Source: Octopus bimaculoides
Taxonomy: Eukaryota
DNA: 64,000 nucleotides
Assembly: GCF_001194135.2 (NCBI RefSeq)
Contig: NC_068986.1
Span: forward strand, 34,763,906 to 34,827,905
Reading direction: 5' to 3'
The position numbers and the translations under genes were made by a program. Numbering within the stretch: the first letter of the stretch is position 1; each line of letters begins with the position of its first letter. Below are positions 23,072-36,342 of this stretch, piece by piece. Below the pieces are notes generated by a model that saw only the letters and a list, made by a program, of their open reading frames with translations, was not told the origin of the DNA and did not search any database.

Positions 23072-23905
23072 GTAGTAGTAGTAGTAGTAGCAGCAGCAGC
23101 AGCAGTAGTTTTTCTTCCTTCTTCAAGTTTGTTTCCATTTCTTGCTGAGTGTCTTCCTGACACCTAGGGCAAAGAAACTCACTGTATACATTGATAGGCC
23201 ATGAAAATAGATGCACCAGATTGTTCATTTACAAAATCAAGGAAAGTTACTACTCCTACTACTACTGCTGCTATATGGACAATACATACTGTAAACCATC
23301 TTAGAGCTTCAACAGTCCCACTTTTCCAGTGTTCTAAGACTTTATTNNNNNNNNNNNNNNNNNNNNNNNNNNNNNNNNNNNNNNNNNNNNNNNNNNNNNN
23401 NNNNNNNNNNNNNNNNNNNNNNNNNNNNNNNNNNNNNNNNNNNNNNNNNNNNNNNNNNNNNNNNNNNNNNNNNNNNNNNNNNNNNNNNNNNNNNNNNNNN
23501 NNNNNNNNNNNNNNNNNNNNNNNNNNNNNNNNNNNNNNNNNNNNNNNNNNNNNNNNNNNNNNNNNNNNNNNNNNNNNNNNNNNNNNNNNNNNNNNNNNNN
23601 NNNNNNNNNNNNNNNNNNNNNNNNNNNNNNNNNNNNNNNNNNNNNNNNNNNNNNNNNNNNNNNNNNNNNNNNNNNNNNNNNNNNNNNNNNNNNNNNNNNN
23701 NNNNNNNNNNNNNNNNNNNNNNNNNNNNNNNNNNNNNNNNNNNNNNNNNNNNNNNNNNNNNNNNNNNNNNNNNNNNNNNNNNNNNNNNNNNNNNNNNNNN
23801 NNNNNNNNNNNNNNNNNNNNNNNNNNNNNNNNNNNNNNNNNNNNNNNNNNNNNNNNNNNNNNNNNNNNNNNNNNNNNNNNNNNNNNNNNNNNNNNATATA
23901 TATAA

Positions 23906-23951
<46 letters not shown>

Positions 23952-24142
23952 TATCACACACACACATACACACACAGAACACATGTACACATACAAGCAG
24001 TCTCGTTTCCCTTTCTCCCTATTTCCAATGAAACCTGTTGAATCTGATCTTATTTAGGTTTTTATTTATTCCTTCTCTTACCGGCTCCCCTTTCATTTCC
24101 TTTCTCTCTTTCTACCTCTCTTCTTCTTCCTCACTCACACTC

Positions 24143-24179
<37 letters not shown>

Positions 24180-25539
24180 GTCTCTCTCTTTCTCTCTGTA
24201 TCCCTCTTTTTTCCTTTACTCTATCTCTACATCATCTGTTCAAATGATTGCCAACAAAAAAATTGAATCTTTGCACTACTGCTTTTTTAGTTATTAGCTG
24301 AGTTAGTCTGACTCACTTTTCCTCTAGTCAGCCAGTTTGACTGATGATGTTGTTGGTGGTGGCAGCGACGACAACGACGATGATGGTGGCAGCAGTGGTG
24401 GAGAATGGAGCAGCACCATCACCACCACTACCACCTCCATTCCCACCACTATATACCCACACCTTTTCTCTACTCCTTCCACCCTTGCTCACCTCTGCCA
24501 GTCTCTCTGATACATAACCTGAGCCTGCTTTCATACATTTCTTGTCCCACCACCTCACTACCACCACAAACACCCTTATAAGCTTAGTTTCTTTTTTTTT
24601 TTTCCCTCTTCTTTTCGTCTTCTTCCCTCTTTTCCCCACCAATATGTTCGCTGCTGTTTAGTCATGGCACTTCAGTGCTTATTGATTTCGCTGAAATAAA
24701 GCTTACATGAATTATAACTATTAATAAAAGAACAGATCATTTGAGCTATTTGTCAACAAAGTGCAGTTTTCTGCGCGCACACAGTACCATCGTGTGCGCC
24801 TCTTCCTCTCGACTACATCCTTCTGTTTCTATCTTCTGCTTGCTATCCACTTGCTCCCCCCCCCCCCTTCGTTTCCTTTCTTCGTCTTCATTTGCTCTCG
24901 AAAAATAATGAATTGTACTTTCTCATACCCTTTTCACTGGAATTTCAACACAATTTGAAATTTATAGCTTGTGTGTGTGAATGCATTCTCATTCTGCAAA
25001 GTGTGTTTATTTCTTGTTGTAATTTTTTTTTTTTATTATTGAGGGTGGGGGAGTAGGTGGGGCATTGTGTATGTGTGTGTAATATTTTTATATGTATACT
25101 TTTAAAAAAATTCTTTTCTAAGGATTTGATTTATCAAACTTGCTTTTATTCCTATTGTATAAAAAAAGTTGTGAGTGTTAGTAATTTGTGCTAAGTTGCC
25201 GTAGCAACTCCACCTGACTAGGAATTCCAGTTGTCAACTTCAACAAGACTAATAGGTTTCCCAGATAACTAAACTAAACTAAAATAAATAAATAAAAAGA
25301 ATACAGGTATGCATCTCACTACAAAGCATCTGCATTGACTTTGATATATTTGTTATTAAATAAACAAGCAAAAAAAAAAGAAACAGGTAAATACACTCTT
25401 AAAAAAAAAAACCCAAAAAAACATTGTTTCCAAATATCCGAAAATCTTCAGTCCATTTTCAAATGGTGCTCTATTTCTTGCATTGAATGTTTTCTGGTAT
25501 CAGAGGTCTGCTGATATATCTTTTACTTCTCGCTTGCTT

Positions 25540-25866
25540 CAATCATTGGACTGCAGCCATGCTAAAGCACTGCCTTGATGACAGGTTTTGTGAAAGCAAA
25601 TCAGCCGCAGTTATTATTATTTTTCAAGCCTGGTACATTGTTCTGTCAGTCTTTTTGCTGCAATGTTAAGTTACGGGGATATAAACAAACCAACATGCAC
25701 GTGAGCATACAATGGATTTTTTCAGTTTCTGTTTACTAAATTCACTCACAAGGCTTTGGTCAGCCTGGAGAACTATAGTACAAGACACTTCTCAAGGTGC
25801 CATGCAGTAGGAATGAACCCAAAATCATGTGGTTGGGAAACAAGCTTCTTAACTACACAGCCATGC
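25540..25866 (-). mobile_element. SINE family A
   Basis: rc of both halves, ending ...GTGGTTGGGAAACAAGCTTCTTAACTACACAGCCATGC. Confidence 0.85.
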
Positions 25867-25978
25867 TTTGTCAATTTATTTATTTACATATTTTTACTTG
25901 CTATGTTTTGAAAAAGGGAAAGTACCCATGGGCCTTTGCAGTCCATCTTAGATTGGTGAGTCTGCTTGATGCCATTAA

Positions 25979-26184
25979 CCCTTTTGTTACCTTATTTCTG
26001 TTGAGTTGCTCTGTGTTTCTTTCCATTAATTCTAAATATAACAAAGAATTTAATAAAATAACTTAGTTATCATTAAACTAGTGTTAGGAACAAAAATTGT
26101 GACCAAGGTTTGGTAGAAGATTTTAATTGAGAACTTTTGAAAATAGAGCCAGAGGTGGTTTCAGCCGGGTTGGCATCAAAAGGG
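25979..26184. mobile_element. piggyBac-type MITE family J
   Basis: TTAA (25975-25978) CCCTTTTGTTACC ... GGCATCAAAAGGG TTAA (26185-26188). CCC/GGG termini with a TTAA duplication are piggyBac hallmarks. Confidence 0.85.
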
Positions 26185-26190
26185 TTAATG

Positions 26191-26405
26191 CAATGGTTCT
26201 CAACTTTTTTTTTTAAAACTTATAGACCCCACTTGATTCCAATTTTACTCTACTAGACCTCCACAGTGATTTGAGATGTATAAAATAAAAAATTGAAATA
26301 TTTTGTGTAATGTAGAAGCATAAGCAATTTATTGCACAGAAATTTTAACAACAAAATCTAATATGGAACCCCAAGGGCCATATGGGCCCTGGTTGTGAAC
26401 CATTG
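26191..26405. mobile_element. hAT (Charlie-like) MITE; related partial copy at 35357-35565
   Basis: TIRs CAATGGTTCTCAAC and GTTGTGAACCATTG (13/14 match). The 8-bp flanks GGTTAATG and TGTTGTTG match only 5/8. Confidence 0.75.
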
Positions 26406-28162
26406 TGTTGTTGTTTTCATTTAAACTGTTGTGGGGCAACACTTGCGGAAAAGACATGAATGAGCGAGCAGGAAGTTTCCCCAAAATCCAATGTTCTGGG
26501 GAATAAGAAAAGACTGAACATTGTGCTTTGTGCTGGACTAGAGAGGCAGGGGTTGGACACATCCTGAGGGATGAGAGGTAGAGAGATGGGTTGATTAAGG
26601 ATGCCTAACAGTATTGCAGCATCTGTAATGTGTAGTAGTAGGTGTCTGTGTGTGTCCATCCGTGTCCATCCCTCTGTGACAAATAAAAGATGTTCAATGT
26701 TGATGGTTTTTGGTCAGGACCCTCCATAAAAGAATCAATATTATAGTATATTGTTCTGTTAAGTACAGTTGAAATGGTGCCAAAATAGAAAACCAATCTT
26801 GATATCTTGCAATGTCTAATTTGTGTTCCTCAATTCGTATACTCTCTCTCTTTCTCTCTCACTCTCCCTCTCTCACTCATTATCTTTGTATTTCTGTATT
26901 TCACACTTGTACAAGACAGGAACTACTCTCATATTAGTGACCTCAGCTCAACAAATAAAACACCCAATCATAATAGAAATCAAGTTAGGTTTTTCTCCTT
27001 CACTAATTGAAATCTCGAAAGAAGAGAACTAAAATTATGTTTGACTAAATCCACAACAAATTTTTCGAAGATAAGAGGTGAGGGGCACTGAATCAACCTT
27101 GTTATATATTGTTGTGAGCCTCCATGTAATAACATAAACCTACTAGACAGACATGCTTGCTATCTCCTTTCTCAAAGCTTTTCTGTTGCTATGACAAGGT
27201 TCCTCTGATTCTTAGAGCTGATTGGTTGGTTGGTTATTGATCTTAGGCCACCCCTGCTCTCCCTCTTCCCTTGTATTGTTTCTCCATTCCCCACATTAAG
27301 CATCGCATCCAGTTCCTCTCCATCCAACCTAGAATTTGGGCCTCTACAATTAACTCATCACTCAGGTTTTCCCTGCAGCGGTCATTTTGCAGTTCCCCAA
27401 ATATTAACTATATCAATCCCACTGAGGTCCTCAAAGCCCTTGTTAACAACTCCTTCCTCACTAACCCTAATCCTCCCTTCTGCTTCCCCAAAATCCAGTA
27501 AAATTTTCCTCAAAACACTACATTGTTAAAAGAAACCACATTGGATAACATAGCCCCAGTCAGATACATTATGTCTGAACTAAATTATGGAATGGTTACA
27601 ATTGCAATGGCTCTAACCAGGGCTGAATGAAAGTGGGGGGTGGGGTGGATAAACAACAGTAACTGATCTTAAAGTAATAAAATTTAAATCACACCTAGTA
27701 GTATTTGAATGCAGGACTCAGGGAGTGAAACACTAACTATTAGCTATCTAATCTTTTCTATGGCTTCTGCTATCTGTCCTGCATCAATATTGTAGTACTT
27801 ACTCTAAGCAACAGACCCTACTTAGAAAGGAGTCTTTAGCAATTAATAGACAAAACCACAAATACAAATAAAACAATTGCTTTCCTCGCAACCACTTAAT
27901 GGTAATTGTTAAAGATAACAAAAAGCAATTTGATGAAAATTGCTTTCTTGACACTCCTTCTGTCCTGTGTAATATATCAAGATAGGTTAGTTTCATCTTA
28001 AGTGTGTATGGTTGTGCTTGTGTGTGGGCATGAACACACACACACACACACATAGGTATATACAAAGCTATATAGATATATAGATATACAGATAGATAGA
28101 TGGACAGGTAGATTGATAGATATGCTTATATGCATACTGTACATAATTTGTTTCTGTATATG

Positions 28163-28815
28163 TATCAAGTCATTAAGAATGAAATGTTTGATTTTGAACT
28201 GCAAGCTTATTTTACTTTATCTCAACAAAAAGCAATGCAGTTAATCAAAGTATGTACCTAAATTATCAACACAATTTTGCCATTGTATTGGTAACTTATT
28301 TATGCTGGCAGCGAAGAATTCTGGAGAGCAAGTGGTGATGAAATCACAAAAGGCTGTTTCTGCATCTTCTTCAGATTTGAAGTCTTTTCTTTGCAACAAG
28401 TTGTTTAATACCTGGAAAACATGATAGTCAGTTGATGCAAGGTCTGGTGAATATGGTGGATGACAGAGTACGTCCAAGTTCAGTTCCTGTAACTTGAGTA
28501 GCGTTCTTTGTGCAACATGTGGTCGAGCTTTGTTTTGCAAGAAAATTTGCCAGTTTCTGTTCACCAATCTCAGTTGTTTAATTCCCCACTGAATTAACTT
28601 ACCAGGTCTCATGAAGCTGTAGTGGGTGACACCAGTGCTGGACCACCAAACAGACACTTTTAGCTGTCCTGTACTCATTACTATAGCAGAGGTTAATTTA
28701 TTTTTTGTAGAGTCAGTCACTTGCTACTCTGGAGTCATCAACTGTGTGTTCGCTAGGTGATGATTCAAGTTATGACCGCTTGTCCAACGACTGTGAACAC
28801 GCAGTCATCAGTTAC
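28163..28815 (-). pseudogene. Decayed mariner (DD34D-type) transposase C-terminal half with probable 3' TIR
   Basis: VSVWWSSTGVTHYSFMRPG...FLQNKARPHVAQRTLLKLQELNLDVLCHPPYSPDLASTDYHVF...INKLPIQWQNCVDNLGTYFD contains the mariner HPPYSPDLA motif. Catalytic Asp positions are mutated and the 5' half is missing. A TA-TCAAGTCATTAAGAATGAAATG end lies at 28163. Confidence 0.92.
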
Positions 28816-29989
28816 AAGATAAATAAATGTGTATGTGTGTGTGTAAATGTAGGGAAATTAATGAATTGGGTGTAGTTTTTTGTTTTACACGTTTATTGAC
28901 CTGCATCAGAATATGCAAAATATGCAGAAAAGCAAATATTTTTATTTCTTTTAAATATTGTAAAAGAGATGATTTATTAATTTTTTTCTTCCTATCTTCT
29001 CTTTAAGCATGATACTATACCAGCTTCAGTACATTTTCATTTCATCTTCTGACATATTGCAATCTTTATGTTGAATTCTGCAACTATTATCATCTGCTTT
29101 CCAACTTCAAAATTTCTAAAAACACCATCGAGTTTGTATCTCATCTTTATCTTTATCTGAGAAAGGTAGTTCCCAATCATATTTTACGGAGCCTTCAAGA
29201 CTGGTGGAAGGTGGATGGGAAGTATCCTCTCACTGGAAACCCGGCTTGAATGCTTAAATCAGAGTTGACTCCACTAAAAGCATCTGAGGTGCCAGATGGT
29301 ACACTAAATCGAATTCTTATACACAGTCCTTGAATCTTGATGGCAAACTGTTGTTCATCACATAGAAATCACAAACTACAGTGATCAGACTGTTCCTCTA
29401 GGTGTGTATGTGTGTGTATATGTCTGTGTGAGTGTGTATATATTTCTGTTTGTGTGTGTGTGTGTAAATACACGTGTGCATGTTTTCTTTTATTCCTTCT
29501 TCTTCCCTCTTTAATTTATGGCATGTATCAAATTCTGGATGGATTGGACTCCCAAGTATGACTAGAAGGAGGCAGCTGAAAATGGTAATGAAATATATTT
29601 TACTAGAATAACTAAAGAAATGCTAATAGAAAAAAATTTATGTATTGGCTGGTGAGGGGGAGAAAGAGAAGAGTGGCGGGTGGGGGTGTATTGTAAATTT
29701 TTCAGATGTTTAACTACTCTTGCCTGCCACTTTCTGATATTAACTAATATTTCATCTGAAATTTAGTTGAAAGTATATTACTCCATTTGTGTGGTATTGT
29801 TGCATCATCATCATCATTATCATTATCATCATCATAATCATCATTATTAACCACCACCACCAGTAACAACAACAACAACACCAGCATTATCATTTACAGT
29901 TGTGGCATCAATATCACCATTTTTCTGATGATTAAACATAACATGTCTTGCTTTCTAACAATGAACGCTTGTAGTCTTATGTATGTATG

Positions 29990-30034
<45 letters not shown>

Positions 30035-30085
30035 TAGTTTCTTGTGTTATATTTAATACCTCCCTCCATCTGATCATTTCAACAT

Positions 30086-30137
<52 letters not shown>
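29990..30137. repeat. Convergent (GT)n and (CA)n microsatellites
   Basis: About 40 nt (GT)n, a unique spacer of about 55 nt, then about 50 nt (CA)n. Confidence 0.95.
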
Positions 30138-30139
<2 letters not shown>

Positions 30140-33100
30140 CACAGCACAAACCACCCGTTTCCTCTCCTCTCCTTTTTTTCTTTTTTTTCTTCTCTCCATA
30201 ATGTCTTGATAAATTCTCTAACTTTCACACTAATATGAATTCCATTCCTTTCCTGCTAGTATTACTATTACTAGTATTTCTCTGATAACAGATTGTTAGC
30301 AGATTAGTGGAAGTATGGTTTTATATAGATATGTATGTATGTATAGATATGTATGTATGTATGTATAGATATGTATGTATGTATGTATGTATATGTATGT
30401 ATTTACATATATATTTATATTCATCATAATTTAATATGTGTGAGAGAGAGAGATAGGGTATGCTCATTTCGTTTTGCACTCTTGAATTTAAGTTAAAATT
30501 AACTCCAAATTTGCCTTTATAGATGTTGTCTTCATTTGCCTTTTTTATTTAAGAAATTTTTTTTGATGGGTTTATAATCCTTTCTACTATAAGCACAAGG
30601 TCTGAAATTTGTGGGATGGAAGGAAAGAAAGTGAATTTCATTGACTCTCTCCACTGCTTAGTTGGTAATTATTGTAGTAACTCCCAAAAGAATGGAAAAT
30701 AAAGTCAACCTTTAATGAGAACATGAAGATGGATGAAATGCTTAATGGCATTGTGTGTTAACAGTTTGTGTATGTGTGTGCATGCATAATATATGTATGT
30801 GTGTATGAGACTCAAGATAATCTCTGTATCTGCTTATGATTACGTAAGCACCTTAAATACGAAACCATAGTACATGCTACCCAAATTGGTCTTGATTTTG
30901 AGCGACAACTATCATAGTTTTTATATGTGAACCACAAAAGCAGTGATATTCCAAACGAACCCGAATGAATGTGGAAGACTTTGAAAGGACTTTAACAATC
31001 ATGGTTCTGTGAACAAAACAGTTTTAAGAATCCAAGAGCCATAGTGTGTTTTTGCAGCATCAGTATTTGAGGTCTTTGTGGGCTTTCTTTATCACTAACG
31101 GCTCCTAAGTTTCTATAGCTATTCCAAAGCTACTTTGCCAAAAGAAACTATGGTTTTTATCTTGAAGTAGCTTGGATTTGTTTTCATTCAGAACATATTC
31201 CATTCAAACTACTTGATGACAGCATGGAGATCTGATTAGGGAAGGGGGGTTGGGGCTTTTTTTTCTCCTTGCTGCCTTACATTTCATTTTTTTCACTTTG
31301 GGAGTTCATTTACATTTTTTTAAGAAAATTTTCGATTTACTATTGGAACTGTGAGAAGGGTTTGTTTTCTTGTGTTAATTCCTTTCATCTTACACAATGT
31401 TTTTAATATTTCATGAATCTAGTTCTTCTGTCTCTTTGTGTGTGTGTGTGTGTGTTTTTTTTTTCTGAGAATGAATTAGAGCATATAGAATACAAATCTT
31501 GCTCCTCTTGTAGAATTGTACAAGAAACACAAACGGGTGGGAAGGTGGGATGTAAAAGAAGTGAAGGCAACAATAGCATTTTAGTTGCAGCAAAACAGTT
31601 TTTGATGTGCATTTCTATTCATGTGTGTCTAATGTTGTTTGTAAAATAAGTTCCTTCCAGTTACCATTTAAGATTTGTTTCCATTTCCAAAAGACATTGG
31701 ATACAGTGAGGAAGATAATACATACACATTATACACTGAACAGCATAGATTTGGTCATCTTCTATAAAGAATATTTTATTATTTTGCTTGTTTATCATAA
31801 TATTCTCTCTCTCTCCCATCTCACGTCCATTTGAAGACCTTGGCTTAGATTAATTTGTAATTTATGTCTGTCATTCGTACATTTTCGTTCATTTTCTTCA
31901 ACTTTTTTAAACAGTAATTTCAATTGATATCTGGGAAATGTACCTTTGTTGCAAAGGTGTATTTATTCATTATGTGTGTATGCACACACGCGTTCGCTTA
32001 CAAAACTATAACAGTGTGTACAGACTACTTAGTGTTATGTGCAAACTAAATACAATAACCAGGAGGGCAGAGCACCACAGCACTGTTCTCGCTCATAAAC
32101 TTTCTGTCTCTTCCCTTCTCCTCCTTCCATTCTCTCTGGTCTCTCATTCTTTAGCAGTTTTAGCTCCTCTGCCACCACCACCACCAATCTTTCTATATAA
32201 CACCTTCACTAGTTTTCCCCCTCCCCACTCCTTCTGCTAGTTCATTATTGTTGTTGTTGTTGTGGTTGTTGTTGTGGTTGTTGTTGTTGCCCTTCCCTTG
32301 ACTTAAGTGCACTTGATGATTGGATGTTAGTAGATGTGATATTGTTGCACCGGTCTACCCCACTGTGGGAATGTGTCAGTCTTTGCAGTGAGTGGTTGGT
32401 TCTTCTATGGGGCTGAGGNNNNNNNNNNNNNNNNNNNNNNNNNNNNNNNNNNNNNNNNNNNCTCTTTCCCTTCTCTTTAGGCTAGCTGCTCTCTCTCTCT
32501 CTCACACACACACACACAGTTTCTGCCTACCCCTCTCTCCTAAGAACAAGGTCCATGTGAAGAGGTGGGGATTAAGTTTTATTTAGATTTCATTGATTTA
32601 TTTTTTTTGTCTCTCTGCTTCTCTCTTTGTGTGTGTGTACACATACATTCGTGTATACAGTGTGTGTTTGCTCTATGGTAGCAGCTGAATTTCTAAGTGT
32701 CCATAGGTGGAACAGTTTTGCTTAAGGAAACTGAATGATTGGGAGTGATTATAATCCTTATAAATCATGATTGTAAAGGCGTCTGAGAAAGACGAGGACT
32801 CTTCCTTAAAACTAAAATGGAAAGAAGACTTCGAAGGTGTTTGCCTAATATAATTTGTGTTTTTGGATCTGTGCAGTTTCGCTCACTGATGTTTTAATTT
32901 TTTTTTTTTTTAACTAAACAGTTTGAAACTTTGTATACTGGTGTAATTTCTCACACTCAATACGGTTTACTTTCAACACTGTCAACTAACAATCAGCAAG
33001 TGAACTTGTCACTGCCACTACAATTACTGCTATATCTCTAACTACATGTCGGGAAAATGAATAAATATATGTAAATAATATTTCTTCCTTTTTGGTGTTG

Positions 33101-34303
33101 ATTTTTCAATGTTTACTGGTTACTCTGACACGAGAACCAAAAAAAAAAAAAGAGAAAAAAAGCATGTAATATGCAACACAGGCAGTAAACAAAAATAAGA
33201 TAGAACAGAGTGGTGACATTTAGTAGAGATGACCCCGAAGTTGTTCCTCTTTGATTACTATCACAAACAATAGTAGCTTTCTTCAACTGAATACATATCA
33301 TTGATTGGTTAAANNNNNNNNNNNNNNNNNNNNNNNNNNNNNNNNNNNNNNNNNNNNNNNNNNNNNNNNNNNNNNNNNNNNNNNNNNNNNNNNNNNNNNN
33401 NNNNNNNNNNNNNNNNNNNNNNNNNNNNNNNNNNNNNNNNNNNNNNNNNNNNNNNNNNNNNNNNNNNNNNNNNNNNNNNNNNNNNNNNNNNNNNNNNNNN
33501 NNNNNNNNNNNNNNNNNNNNNNNNNNNNNNNNNNNNNNNNNNNNNNNNNNNNNNNNNNNNNNNNNNNNNNNNNNNNNNNNNNNNNTTTTGTTTATATATT
33601 TTATTCTGATATTCTGATCCTAATTAATATTTTCATTGTAAGTTTCACTATTCAGAAAACAGTGTGAGGTAAACTGGAGGTGAAAGGAGAGTGAGTATTT
33701 ACACGACCCAGTAACTTTGACACTGCTAATGAAATTAATTTCTTTTTGTCATTTACTCTTTTGTGTTGGATTAACTTAATCTGTAAGCTTCTGTAGACAT
33801 AAACTTGTTTTGTTGCCTGAGCCGTATTTATATAAATGAAATCAGTTTTCTCATTCACTATTTTCTCTTTTAATTTCACACTTGAGGGAGGAGGCAAAAA
33901 AAGTCTCTGCCTGCTTTACAAAAGGATTGGATATTTGTGTTTGTGCAAGGGTGAAGGAGAAATGTATTTTAACTGTGAGCCTGACAGAAAACATGAAGCT
34001 TAGCAAGATTAATATATTGAGTTGTTTTATTCTATAGTTTCTATTACTTTCTCTTAAGGCAAGCTGTGTTTTTCGTTAGTTTGTTTTTTGTTGTATCCCC
34101 TTTATGTTTGAAATTCCCTCCACATACAATAAACTGATCTTTTACTTACCTATGTATTTTGTATGCTAGCATAGTGTGGACAACACTGGAAGTAAAGCTA
34201 CTTGAAAACAGATGTTTGATTTTGGTGGATGCTATCCAATGCCCTTGGATGCAATTTTGCCCAAATTTGGGCTCATTTTCTTTGCCAATCATATTTGTTC
34301 TTA

Positions 34304-34348
<45 letters not shown>

Positions 34349-35569
34349 GGTTTGGTTCGTTGAAATGGATGTGGAGCCTGTAATTTGTTCATCCTGAAGT
34401 AGGCAGTTGGATGCTTAGGCATACAACACAATGTCTGTGCTACTACTGTCATTAGTAGCCTAGTACTTTATATCGGATAGCCTTGTCATTGCTACTTATT
34501 CAGAAAATATAATTTCAATTTTTAAAAATTTACATGTGTTTGCATCAACTGCGAATGCATATTTACATTTAAACAAAGCATTGAATGCAGATATAAAAGA
34601 GCATATAAAAGAAAACTTGGAGCAACACTGCATTTTTTTTTTCTTTTTCTCTTGTTATGCTTCATTGTAATTCCCTTGATAGTTTGGTATCCATTATAAA
34701 ATCCTATATGGTATATAGTTTGGTAATTACACCAGGCTACCAACAATAAAACATGAATTCAAACTTCTCCAAGTTGCTTATGTTTGTTCTCTTCTGTGTA
34801 TTTGTGTGTGTGCGTACGTGCATGCGTGCTCTTTATATCTGAAGCAACATATTGCGTAAATGTAAGCATGACACCATAAGAAATTCCATTAGATGCACTA
34901 AACTTGTCAAGTATGGTATAATCCCCTCCTGTCATCGGCCTTGTATGTAATGAGAGTGTGGGTGTGTGAATTTGTGACAGCAGCTTGAATGAATTCTTAA
35001 CAATTACTTCAGCAGAAGTTCAGGTCAGTCCTACTTAAATTCACTAGTCCGCTTAATGCCAACAGTCCTTCTCCATGGGGCTGGTGGTTGGAAATGGAAA
35101 CTAGATTCAACGAGACACTTCCCAGTTGGTAATGATTTTAGTCCTTGTCATTTGTTAATGACCGAGCCACAACACTAACACTTGATGTAACCATATGAAT
35201 AAGCTCTTTATTTAAAACCACATTAATATTGCTCTGCAGTTTGTATCAATTTATATATATATGTATTGTTGATGCCATAAGAGTTTAAAAACTTTGAGAG
35301 AACATGAAATAATTTCTTTTTGAAATGGTGGAACTTGAAGTAGATAACGCTATAAATTGGGTTCTCAACCATTTCTTATCTATGGACCCCTTTGATTACT
35401 ATTTTATTTTGGTAGACCCCATAGCCATTGAAAAATTAGTTTTATAGAAAGTTCCTTAAAAAAATTCGCACATTGACTTGTGTAGGTTGAACTATGTAGA
35501 ATCTTAGAGAAAGAAACCCAGCTGTTTGTCTTGCAATACATACCAATACATAAATCTAAAGCAAGACCA

Positions 35570-35730
35570 TCAAGCCCCAGTGATCAACTGGTTCTTATTT
35601 TATTGACCTCTAAAAGACGAAAGGTAAAGTTGACCCTGGCAGAATCTGAACTCAGAGCAATAAAGATGGACTAAATGTTGCTAAGCATTTTGCCTGGCAT
35701 GCTAACAATTCTGCCAGCTCCGCTGCTTTA
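35570..35730 (-). mobile_element. SINE family B interrupting the hAT-MITE-like fragment
   Basis: rc B core begins directly after the 35357-35565 fragment. Confidence 0.85.
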
Positions 35731-36134
35731 CACTGAAGCTATATAATATTAATTGTAGATAATGATCAGAAAATTGAATATAATTGTTTGTCATTAGTAA
35801 ATAATGCTGCTTGAAACTGTTTATACTTTTGATTGTGTGTCTGTGTGTGTGTGTGTGGTTTCTCTCCTAACCTCTTTTGGAAGCAAAAAATAAAAAAAAA
35901 GAAAATAAAGGAAAACTACACAAGCTGTCAGAATGACATGGTTTGTATTTACATAGAATTAATCAGCCAGGATTTGTTTCTTTACTTGTTATTAACAGAC
36001 CATGACATGTAGTATGTAACAATTAGAAGATATCTCCATAGGTGTTCTTATTTCATTAATTACATTAATTATTTTACAGGTCGTTTGTCAGCCTTCAACA
36101 ACAGAAGCAACAACAACAACAATAATGCTTTCTA

Positions 36135-36342
36135 CTGAAGGCACAAGACCTTGAAATTTTGGGGAAGGGGATTAATCGATTACATCAACCCAGTGTTTCA
36201 CTGGTACTTAATTTATTAACCCTGAAAGGATGAAAAGCAAATTCGACCTCCTCGGCGGAATTGAACTCAGAATGTAGCAGCAGATGAAATACTGCTAAGC
36301 ATTTTGTCCTGTGTGCTAACGATTCTGCCAGCTAACCACCTT
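36135..36342 (-). mobile_element. SINE family B, well preserved
   Basis: AAGGCACAAGACCTTGAAATTTTGGGG...CTGAAAGGATGAAAAGCAAATTCGACCTC...GATTCTGCCAGCTAACCACCTT. Confidence 0.9.

Noticed and set aside
24328-24642. Gly/Asp/Thr-rich ORF
   Set aside because: It is built from GGT/GAT/CAC trinucleotide runs with no splice or domain support.
34380-34510. snoRNA- or miRNA-like appearance around GCTACTA/TAGTAGC
   Set aside because: Only a 7-bp stem, with no C/D or H/ACA box pair and no long pre-miRNA stem found by eye.
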